Part shown: in pieces, positions 23,977 to 34,760 of the stretch
How the letters are laid out: every line of letters starts with the position of its first letter
Numbering within the stretch: the stretch's first letter is position 1
Origin: Vicugna vicugna
Lineage: Eukaryota
Assembly: GCA_013265495.1 (NCBI GenBank)
Contig: MU063048.1
Location: 4,407,469-4,471,468, forward strand
Direction: 5' to 3'
Length of the DNA: 64,000 bases
Position numbers and translations under genes: made by a program
Notes under the pieces: model-generated
Databases searched by the model: none
Told to the model about the DNA's origin: nothing
The model's input: only the letters and a program-made list of their open reading frames with translations

Positions 23977-26540
23977 CCTCCCGCCCCCACTCCCTCCGCC
24001 CTCTAGGACAGAAACCCCATCTCTAGGCGGGCAGATGGGCCGCGTTCTCCTCCCGGGACTGCGTCCTGCTGGGACGTGTAGGGTGGTGTGGCTAGATGGA
24101 CGCAAAGTTCATCCCTCAGCCGAGGTCACCCTGGAGAAGCAGTCCTGGGGCCGCTCTCCAAGGCTCCGTCCACTCCCTCCAGTCAGAGTTCTCAGCTGCA
24201 ACAGAAGCCAACTTGGATAATTTTGGAAGAATAGGAATGTATTAAATATAAAGTGTGCCAGACTCTCTGGGAGGCCTGGACGGCCGGTCCCGGAGGTTGC
24301 AGCGCCGGGAAGCCCCTGCTGCATGTCACAGCCTGGGGGCAGAGTCCTGTGACTGCAGCCTGGTGCCTGCGGTGCTGACGTCACCGAGGCCGCCTCATAG
24401 GGGACACTAGATGCCACCTGTGCTGATCGGGGTGGCTCCTGCCTGTGCGTCAGCTGCAAGGGAGGTGGGGAGGCGACGGTCCGCTTCCACAGCGGGGACA
24501 GCCTTGTCCTCCCGTCACGGCCTTCGTGGCATCCCTCAACTGAGAAACTAAGCGAAGGTGGTGGCGGTGTAGCAAGAACGCCAAGTGCCCGCTCCCGCTC
24601 TGCCTCAAGTCCCCCCTTTCCTGCGTCCACTCGCCGGGGAGAGCATCGCTCCCGCAGCCTCGAGCCACCCTTCCCATTATCTTCACTCAAAATGAGCGAG
24701 TCCGCAGTCACCGTCAGATCGGACGGGGTTTGGAGGGGACGCAACTGTTGGTGGAAAGAACCAAAAAAAGAGAAATGGGGGGTGGGGTCCAAAGAAAATC
24801 CCGCCAGGCTCTACTGGCGTTGACTCATCTGTCTGTCTTGTGTGAAAGACGCGTGGACTTTCGCTCTGTACTTACTCGCTCTGGGGCGAGAGCCGCCTCA
24901 CTGACTATGGTAACCACGTGGCTGCTCTAGGGTGTGCCTGTCCCCGTGCGCAGCCCCGGGAGGGTCTTTGGAAAGTGCCTGAGTGATTCCTGCGTTTGCT
25001 CACCCCTTCCCTGAAGCCTTCCTGGATTTCTCCAAGCCCAGGGCCTCCTCTGGCCTTCGCTGTGTCGCAGTCAGCAGACCTCACTGCTTTCCAGTTATTC
25101 CCCCGTGGGTGCCTTGTTCCTTTCTCTGCAACAGCAGCAGCAGCGCTGCACAGAGCAAGGAGGCCCCGGGCCCAGCGGGGCAGAAAGGGGGCTGTCTGGC
25201 CTCAGGTAGGCCTTCAGCAAAGACTTCGTGGAGGAGCAAATAGTTTCGGGGCAAAGAGAAGTCAGTTAGGCTGAGAGTCAGTCTCTCTGATCTTTGCTAA
25301 CGGCCACCCTGCCCTCAAGAGAAAGGGCTTGGCTCCACGCACGCAGAGCCCGGGAGAGATTCCTGCCTCGATGCTCACTTCAAATGCGGGGGCTCTTTGA
25401 AAGCAAATATGTTTGTTTTGTATGTGTGTCCAGGACAGCATTTTAAAACAATCGTCTATGAAACCTGCGGCAACTTCAGCCTCAGGACATCGTCGAGCCA
25501 AAGAGCTTCGTGAGGCTTTGGGAAGGATTAGCCGTGCATGTGAGTGGGGCCGGGCCCTGTGATTACTCCCGAAACCGTTCCTCGGTGGGTAATTAGGGGA
25601 TTAGCCGTCCAATTTGAGCCAGTGTTCGGGCCTTTTACACACTGCACTGCACTTACAGGCCTGGGAGTAGATCCATCTGTCCTCACATAACAGTCATCCT
25701 TAAAAGAGTCACTCAGCTAAGAGATTTACCACCAATAATTAGACTGAAAGCACCGCCGCTCAGACGAACAGCAGCAAAACGTAACGATCTTGCTGTCTGC
25801 AACATCACAGAGAATTTCAGCCCTTCTCAGAATTTCACAACCGTCCGTCATTAGTCCCGCGCGGACCAGAGCTGCAGATCAAAGGCCTCGCGGACACAGA
25901 CGGGTTTTATACACAGTCCGGGTCGTTCTTATGTAAGAAAATGGTGTGACTAAGGGTTAATTGCAGAACTGCAAGGAGCAGCACCGTGAGCGAGACGGAG
26001 CCAGTGGGTGCCGAAGCGATGCTCTCGCAAGAACGAGCCTCCTGCTTCCTCGCGCGTGAGTCACGCACGTCAGGGCGACAGCTCTTTGCATCTGACTTGC
26101 CGTCGAGGTGCCGGGGTGGAGCTCGGCATTCGCTGCTTCCTTCACATGCAACATTCACTCTGGAAATTGTGACACTCTTTACAATGACAAAAAAATGGAA
26201 AAACCCACTTTACTGATGCCACACCTCTGCGTGTACAGCCATCTTTTCCAGGTGAAGGGGCCGGGCTCCTGCGGGCCGCCCAGGCCTTCGAGAGCCTCTC
26301 TTGGGCTCTCTGGCCGTCTCTCGCACGGGCTCCACGTGTCTGCAGTCTCCTGCCTCCTGGCTGCGCCCACGGTTTCCCGCCTGGACTGCACGTCCCACCC
26401 GGTCTCACCTGTCCGCTGCTTGCCTGCTTTCTTTGCAAGGCCCCGTCTGGCACTGCCCCCTGGAGTTCCCTCCTGGGCAGAGGGGCTGAGACGTCCTTCA
26501 GTGCATCCCCCTCGTTTGCATAGACCTCTACCCCTAAGCT

Positions 26541-26570
26541 TTTATTACTATTATTATTATTATTATTATA
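26541..26570. repeat. (TAT)n microsatellite
   Basis: tttattactattattattattattattata. Confidence 0.95.
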
Positions 26571-26585
26571 TTGGCAAACATTTGC

Positions 26586-26822
26586 CTGTGTCCTCAATCG
26601 CTGGGGGTGGGTTTGGGTGGGAGGTGGGGGATGTGGTGATTTTGTTCTCCAGAAGCATTTGGCTCTGTCTGGAGACGTTCTTGGTTGTCACAGCCTGGGG
26701 GTGGGGGCTACAGCACCAGAGGGTGGAGGTCAGAGACGCTGCAAAGCATCTTCCAGCACAGGCAGCCCCGCGACAAAGGGCTGTCTGCGCAGAGGCCGGC
26801 GGAGCCGAGGTTGAGAGGCCTG
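26586..26822 (+). mobile_element. MER20 (hAT-Charlie) DNA transposon, near full length
   Basis: gtgattttgttctccagaagcatttggctctgtctggagacgttcttggttgtcacagcctggggg ... gaggtcagagacgctgcaaagcatc ... gccgaggttgagaggcctg follows the MER20 consensus, with degenerate terminal inverted repeats. Confidence 0.9.
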
Positions 26823-28654
26823 GTCCGCACGCGGGCCTCTCCTGCAGACTGAGCTCCTGGTCAGCACGGCCTGCTGGTCGGGAGTCCCTCAGATCTTTTT
26901 AGATGAATGAATGTCTTCCATGAATTTTGTCTCTTGTCCCAAGTCCGCGGCCAGAGCTGAATTCACCGCAGGTGCCAGCAAACACGGCCGAGGAGTTGTG
27001 TAAGCGGAGAGGTGCGTGGAGAGGCGCCCTCACTCTTGTCTGGTGACAGACGCCCCCAGGGAACCCCTCGCCGTCCCTGGTCTCCGGCCGGGGGTCCTGC
27101 CGGCTCGGCCAGCTTCCTTCAGGGCAGCCCCAGCTTCAGGTGAAAAGGTACCTTTTTCGTCCAGAGGTATTTTGCCCAGAAAACAGCTTCTCCCCCAGCC
27201 TCGCGGCTGCCCCGGGGCAGGAAATAGAAGAGTACACCGGGCTGCCGGGCAAAGAGAACCCGCCGAGCCCCACCCCTCCCCGACCCCGGCCGGCCGCCGC
27301 AGGGAATGGAGTGTTTGGAGAAGCCGCGCTCTGGGCTCATCTGGAAAGTATGCGTCTTGAACGGAGATGAGGCCAAGGCTCCTGCCGGTGCCCACGGCTG
27401 TTGCCTGGAGGGCTTGGCCCCCCTTGAGGAAGTGGGGAGACTTGCGGCTGGAAATGTTCAGAAACCCACCAGGTGGCTGGAGGGTAGGGGCCAGGGCCAG
27501 CTCCGAGGCTGGGGTCTTCTCAGAGGGCTTCGGGCAGATTCCCCACCCACGCGCCTCTCTGAAAAGCAGGTCATTAGCTGCGTCTCACAGCCGCTCCGTG
27601 GAAGAGTGGTTCCGAGGGCCGCCCACCCGACCAGCAGCTGAAGGCGCGAGGCGGGAAGGGGTGCGTTTGCTGAGCATCTAAGCTGCTAACGGCAGACTTT
27701 GCGGAGGCTGAGCTCGGCATCCGAAGTGTAATCACAAATGAAATGGGGTCGGGGGCGGGGAGGACTCCCCGGGGAGAAGCACAGAGGCCCGGCTTCTCCC
27801 TAAATGCAGGTCAGCCCCTCGAGTCCCTGACTCCAACAAAGCCCTCGGGAAACCTGCCCTGCGCGGCGCTGGGAGTGCTGCCCCCCGAAGATCCCGGCCG
27901 GGGCCCCGGTGTGAGGAGAGGAGGCCGCCTGCCCGGAGCCCGTCGGTGCTTGCCCTCGGCCACCCGCGCTTCGCAGGGAGCCTGTTTGTTCCAGATGTGG
28001 CCGTCAGTCTCCTCAGGGAGGTGGTGTTGATGTCTGCATGTGGCTTCTCGCTGGACACAGAAGCCAGGGTGGCAATTGCACGGGTACTTGGGGACCGGCG
28101 AGTCTTGGGGGAGCGAGTCGCCGGCAGCCAGAGGGTCGGCTGCACAAGCCCGGTGCTGTGGGGGCCCTCGGCCGCCTGTGCCCAGACATGGTCCGCCTGC
28201 TCCGCTCACCGTCACTGCCGCGTGTGGCCACGAGGCTCGCCGCTCCACGCAGACTCTGCCCGTAACCTGGGGGCCCCCGTTCCTCCTGGGAACGCCCGGG
28301 CAGGCTTTCCTGTGACCTGTACGGAGCTAGGTATTCATTTCTGTGGCTGTTTTGCATCCGGGGAGCCTTAGCTGTAAGTTCTGAATATGCTCTTGAGGCA
28401 CACACTCAACTAACCATCTCTCCCCCCGTGTTTGGGGCCGGGGAGAATGTGGGACGAATTGTGGTTTCTCTAGGCTGTTTCTGGAGCAGGGCTGACACTG
28501 GCCCCCAGGGCGACGTGGTGTCTGTTCTCGGAGGAAGCTAATTCCTCCCGGGGGTGTGTTTTCTCTCTCCCGTGGCTCACTTAGGGACTTAATAGGGCAG
28601 AGAGGAGTGGCCCCAGGGTTGTGGGGGGCGGGTCAGAGGCTCCCCGCGGGAGTG

Positions 28655-28720
28655 CCTGTGCCCCCAGCAGGCGTCTGGCAACATCTGGAGACATTCTGGG
28701 CTGTCACAATCGGGGGCACA
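28655..28720 (+). mobile_element. MER20 fragment
   Basis: gcccccagcaggcgtctggcaacatctggagacattctgggctgtcacaatcggggg. Confidence 0.8.
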
Positions 28721-31559
28721 CGTGTGGCCCAGACCCTCGCTGGCTCAGACCTGCCTGACTCTGACCTTCTGAGGTCTAATGCGGCCCTGGGCAGTGTTTG
28801 CGTGGGGGTTACGTGCCAGGAAGGACTTCACCAAGAAAACGGTCAGTGAAAACAGATCACAAGTGGCCTTTTCAAGCTACTTACAAGGATGGCTGTTCGA
28901 GAGACTTGAGAATAACGTTTCACACTGGAGCCCAGGGAGCCGAGGCCTGCCGGGGTTGTGGGGGTCCCGGGGAGACGGTTCCGGGCCACGTGGACTCTGG
29001 GTGGTCAGCGTGTCCTGGGAAGTGCTGCGGCGTGCCGAGCGCTTGCCGTCTGACTGTGGGGACCCTGCCCGGTTTCCCTCGGACCTGGGGTGGGTGCTGC
29101 TCTGGGAGTGACTGTCAGCTTCACAGTAGTTTATGAAGTGGTCACAACTCTTCCCTGTTCAACAAAACTCCTTCACCGCGGAAACCATTAACGGAGCACG
29201 AGAGAACTGGCCTGCTTCAAGCTAATGCATTTTCCTGGGCATCGGAAGCAGCATCCGTGCCAAGCGAGTTATTACCCAACACGTCTCCCCTCCACCGCCC
29301 TTTCTTGGTCCCTCCTCACCTGTGTCCGGGGCTGCAAGGCCACTGACCAGGGGAGTCAGACTGAAAAGACTTTTCTCTTCTCTGCATTCATAGATGTCAG
29401 AACTCTAGCAGGTTAGATCCAGCGTGATTGGCATATTACGCAGGCTTTCTTTTCTTTCTTCTTTGAGAACCATTTTCTGCACGACAGGCTCTTGTCAAAC
29501 CCCAGCATTGGCTGATCACCGAACAGAAGCCGGTCTTCGGGCAATCGCCGGCCGGCACCATAGCAAGTTGTTTTATGGTTTTTCCAAAGCATTAAGGCAA
29601 CGTGAACATAGTGGAGAAAGCCATTAATCCTTCCATTACTTGGTTTTAGGAAGAGGAGGGTCATTCTCGATGCTGGAAGTCACTGCCATTTGAGAGTCAA
29701 GCCCCAAGGAGGAGGGACTTGGGCGAAAGGAAGTGAGAAGCCTGGTTTGGGGGGCTCATGCGATGGTGATGTCTTGGATGCAGCGGCAGCCGGAGGTCTG
29801 CTGCTCCAGTCAGGTTGTTGGTGACAGAGTCTCGGCCCCTGCTTGTTGGAGCACCTGCTCGGTGACACCTGGAAAAGCAGCGGCCTGAGAGGGAGGGGGA
29901 GGCAGAGTGACGGCGCCCCGTCTGCCTCGAATCTTCCCTGGGGTCCCCCGAGCTGCCTGGTATGAGGCACAGTTTGGACACAAGTGGCACTGAGAAGTGT
30001 CCTGCTGAGGCTCTGCTGACCCCCACGGCCGGACTCCTCCTTAAAGTCCTGTGTGGTCATCCTCGTGCTCGGAATTCCAATCACGTGGAGCCCCCGTCCC
30101 GGGTCCCACCAGCCCGGGCCCCCAGGCCGCTGGGAGCCCGGGCTCTTCGCCTCCGCTGGTGGGGGCTGGCAGGGCAGGCAAGCTGACTCTCGCTCCCGTG
30201 AGCTCCCACCAGAAATCAAGAGCTTTGAAAATTATCAGTGTTTTTCCCAAACCCAAGGTTTATGATGATTGTTGTTGCTATTCTTACTTATTTTTTGCTA
30301 TTAACAAAATCTACGCTGACCACAGGGGTCGCTCTCAGGGAAGGAAATAAAATTCTGTTGAAGGTAAAATAAGCGAGATTCTGGTCCAGGCCTTTCTACG
30401 ATCGGAGGTGAAGGCACGTCCAGGCAGCTTGCTTCGCGGACGTGGGCCTCGGCTTGCCGACCGTGTACACGTTGCTGGAGGAGCGCTGGGTGGATGGTCC
30501 CTGAGTCTCCTGCTCGCACGCTGGTCCTGATTCTGCACGTGCTCTTCAGCGGAGGCTGCGCCCGCGAGTCTCGGTGCTCTTTATTTGTGCCGCGGGTGCT
30601 CACGTTTTGTCATGAGCTACACCATGAAATTTAGGACAGGCTGTGTCTTTGTAAAGAAAACACATTTAACGTTAGAACCTTTTGGAACAAGGTGGGTTTA
30701 AAAAGATGGCTGTATAAAGTTTTATTTCAAGTAGAACAAATTTAGGTGATGATTACCCTTGACCCAGATTTCTGGGTTTTGCTAAGAATGTGGAACACAC
30801 TTTTGCAGTTACGGGGTTGGATCTGAGTTTCCTGACTCCGTAGCAAGCTTCACAGAGGACGTTCGTGTAACTGGATCCGGGGCCGAGCCAAAGCAGCAAG
30901 CAAGCCGTTCTCTTCACCAGTCGTCATTGCTCCTCCAAGTTGCCTCTCGTTTCTTTTATACGGCTCATCAGCCGCTGGAACCACTTCAGGGCAGTGTTGC
31001 CGTTCCTCCCTTGGCACTGAAGCAGACTTACCGAGCTAATCCGTTACCCCTGCTTTTGAAATACAAGCACTGATTGGCAGGTTTATGCCAAACATCTTGC
31101 GTGAGTTTCTCCTGGAAGCTGTGGAGTCTAACCTGAAAAGGGAGGAGGAGGATCTCCTAGCGATGCAAGCGTATCGCGGCCCGAGGCTGCGCTTGGAGCC
31201 GCCGCCCGGTTACCGTGCGGTGCGTTTCTGTACTTGGACATCGACCCCAAAGATTCTGGTGTCTCAGGCTGACCGGGAAGCGCGCGGCCTTTCTCGGCCC
31301 CTGATGTAGACTGACGCGTAAAGGAAGCTTCTCCCGTTCCCCTCACTCGTCAAATGGCTCTGCTCTTTCTTTTCCTTCCCCTCCTCGGACAGGAGCGGTC
31401 GACCCAGTGGAGATCACTTCCCCCCACTTTTAAGGACTTGGGTAAAGAGCTCTCAGTCTAAAGAAGAACGTGTTTGCTCGGCCCGGTCCTGCCCGGGGGT
31501 CCTCCAGCCCGACCTCCCCCCACTGCTTCTTCTCAAACAGCCGGTCTCCCTCGAGCGCC

Positions 31560-32150
31560 TCCATGAGAAGCTGGTCTGTTCCCTCCTCACCCGCCTCTCT
31601 CGCGCTTCTGACGCCCGCCGGGCACTATCCGGCCTTCCCTCTGCCTTCTCTTGGTCTCCGCGGAGCGTTCAGTGCTGACAGCCACGCGCTGCCCTTTAAA
31701 CCTCCTCCTCCCGGGACCTCTGCTCCGTCCAAGCTCGGTCCTCTGTCTCCTCGCCAACTCCTTTTCTCTCGGTCCTCCCCGGGGCCCCCCTGCGGCCCGG
31801 GCTCCGCCAGTGCAACCGCGCTCCGGTCCCCAGCAAACGTCTTGGTCTCACGCCCCCAGCTGTCGCCCCGAAGCTGGGACGCTCGTCCCGAGGTCTGCTC
31901 TGCCTCCAGCCTCCTGTCGTTGGCTATTCCCCGAGGGTCTTTGCTTGGATGCGTCGCAGGCGTCTCAAGCTCAACACGTCCAAAGTCACAGTGACGCGGC
32001 TGGTTCCCTTTCTCAGCAGCTTTGTTTCCACGAAGGGCGTCATCACCCACCTGACAGCTTCAGGGTCTCGGGATGATCTTCTGTGCTTTCTCTCCCGTCT
32101 CCTCTCACGTGGCTGTGTGGAGGTGGTGACAGGTGCTTGCTGTTTCTGTT
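31560..32150 (+). mobile_element. L2 LINE ORF2 (reverse transcriptase) remnant, CpG-enriched
   Basis: Translations LGLRGAFSADSHAL (about 31648-31690) and WMRRRRLKLNTSKVT (about 31946-31990) resemble the L2/CR1 RT motifs LDLSAAFDTVDHSL and WMxxxxLKLNxSKTE. ttggatgcgtcgcaggcgtctcaagctcaacacgtccaaa matches L2 consensus. Confidence 0.75.
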
Positions 32151-32287
32151 TCCACGTCACTCCTCAGGGTTAGTGGTGGCACCGGTGGCACCGCTCCCCA
32201 CTGAGAGAGACGCTGGATTTGAACGATTCGACCAGCAGCCCCGGGACGAGACCATACAGCGACTAACTGGATGGGTCTGAGTCAGCC

Positions 32288-32495
32288 TTGTGTGTGTGTG
32301 TGTGTCTGTGTGTATGTGATGTATGTGTGCTGTGTGTGTGATATGTGTGTGGTGTGTGTGTGGTGTGTGTATATGTGTGTGTGTTGTGTGTGCGTGATAT
32401 GTATGTGCTGTGTGTGTGTATGTGTGTGAGGTCTGTGTGTAGTGTGTGTGTATGTGTGTGTCTGTGCGTGATGTGTGCGTGATGTGTGCTTGTGT
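32288..32495. repeat. Imperfect (TG)n array
   Basis: tgtgtgtgtgtgtgtgtctgtgtgtatgtgatgtatgtgtgctgtgtgtg... directly visible. Confidence 0.95.
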
Positions 32496-32639
32496 ACATT
32501 CTTAACCCCTCTTCTTTTCACCCCTTTTTTCTTGTTTGCTCAAAGACCTTCCCGTGCTCCACGTCACTCGCATTGTCCTGCAATTTGCTGTGAATTCTCA
32601 CCAATTATCTTTTGCACGTGGACCCCCCCACTCAGTGTT

Positions 32640-34760
32640 AGTCTCACGTGTGGTGTGAGGCAGAGTCCCTCTCAATTTCTTTCCCTCCAGATGGTTTGCC
32701 ATGTGGCCAACCTCATTTATTTAATAAACCCACCTCCACCCACCAAAATGAAATACCAACCATGTTATTTATTTCATCCTCACAGAAATGCAGATCTGTT
32801 TCCAGAATCCTGTTTTGTCTCATTAGCCTGCTTGCCTGTCTTTATGCCAACGCAGTCTCATTCTGTTGGCCTGACAGTGACTTACTGGGTCTCAATAGCT
32901 GGCGAGGCCGTTCCCCGCCCCACCGCAGCCCCGCATGTGCTTGGAACTTTCTCTTTGCTACCTTTGGTCGTCGATTTTTCCTTATGAAACTTAAGATAAC
33001 TTAATTCAACCCACATTCCTCCCAAATCCAGTAAGATGAAAATTGCAGTTTTATGTTATATATTAATTTTGGGTGATTGACCATTTATCATATTGAATCT
33101 TTCATTCAAGAACATGACAGATCTTCCCCTTTGTTCAGAGCTTGTTTTACGTCCTTTGATAAGACGTCATGGTTTTCTTCACATGATGTAAACGATGTTT
33201 CTTACGGGATGGTTTCCTGTTTTATAGACATTGCTATCATGAATTAAACATTTCCCCAATATGCATTTTTAGTGATTTAATATCACTATAGAAAAACAGT
33301 TATGGATTTTTGTGTGTTTATCTTGTATGTGGGTAGATACCGTATAAATCCATTGATGAATTCTAATTTTTTTTCCTGAGGTGTCTTGAATGTCATACGT
33401 ATAGAACCACATTGCCAGCAGGGAAAGAAACTCTGCCCTCACACTCCCCATTTTCATACCGACTGTTTTCTTTCCTCATCGTATTCGCCAATTCACCACC
33501 TCTCTGAGTAGCACCTGCAGGAGCGGCCATCCCTGTGTCTTCCAGATTTTAGTGCAGAAACACCGATTCTTCGTGTACAACGAGGCCCGTCGCATTCAGT
33601 CATCTGTGACACAGGGCATGTGCAATTTCTGTCCCCGTTTATTGGTGGGACGGCCACTGACTTATTACCAAAGGCTTCTCGGTGCGTTTGTGTGACTCCC
33701 CTTGTGGGTGGAGGGAGCTGTCTGGCTGTGCTTCCAAACAGTTATGCACACTCACTCTCGGGTTAAACCTGATTTGATCATATTCTTTCTTTTGAGACAC
33801 TCTGGATTTCATTCGGAACTTAAAATTTTTAAATTCATAAATGATATCTGTCTATGGGATTTGGGGGGTTCTGTGCTAATTTTGTCAAATTTTGTTATTA
33901 AAGATGTGCTAGCTTTAGAGACTGAATTAGGGAAATCTCCACCTTTTCGTATGCCATAGGCTAGTATGTTACAACACTCAGATTCACTTTAAAGGAATGT
34001 CAGGCAGGACGCGGCCCAGCTGTCCCGGGGGTCGATGGCAGGTCTTTAATCACTCGTCCAGCCTCTCCCATAGCACGTGCGCGGCTTCCCTTCTCCTTGG
34101 GGAAGTTTTGGCTTTTCTGTATTTGTTAGAAAAATCAGTCATCCTTCTAGGCTTGAACCTCTCTGCCCCAGAGCTACATGCTGCACACTTACTGCTCCTA
34201 CAACCCCTTCTTGTCTGCATTTTTCTCTTCCCCAATTTATATTTACTTTTCAACTTTTCTTTCTCTTTATCAGGCCCACGAAGGGGTGATCTATTTTAAT
34301 GGTCTTTCCAAATAATCAGCTTTAGGATTTACTTCTCTTTTCTACTATTTTTTCTTATTTTTTTTTAATTTCGGCTTATTTTTTATTGATTCATCCTGCT
34401 TTGTTTTAGACTGTCCCCCGATGGAGCAGGTACTGCCGCCGTCACTGCGTGCTTGGCTCTGACGTTTCCTGTGACTGCCTTCTACACAGAGTTAATTTAA
34501 AATTTCGCATTCGGTTCTGTGACGTGGATTACTTAGTTTCTGAGAAAGCCATTGTCACTGTATTTTTCTAATTTTGTTGGATTATAATCAGAATATCCTA
34601 ACTTACTTTTTTCTGTTAGACCTAATTCTGAAAGGAGTGTATTGACAAATTTAGTTGTAATTGATTTTGGCTGAATACACGTTTGTGGCTTTTATATATT
34701 TTGAATTTGCTTAATGATCTAAAGAAACCTTTAAATTACACCTTTTTAAAATTAACGCTG
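32640..34760 (-). mobile_element. L1 ORF2-region fragment(s), decayed
   Basis: gtgtggtgtgaggcagagtcc; gattgaccatttatcatattgaatctttcattcaagaacatg; tttttgtgtgtttatcttgtatg; ggtctttccaaataatcagcttt are antisense L1 ORF2 phrases. Confidence 0.85.

Noticed and set aside
23260-24220. ORFs of 147-281 aa spanning the gap
   Set aside because: Length is inflated by Ns, and the frame across the gap is unknown.
30746-30826. Possible C/D box snoRNA (GTGATGA ... CTGA)
   Set aside because: No convincing terminal stem or C'/D' boxes, and I see at most about 8 nt of possible rRNA complementarity.
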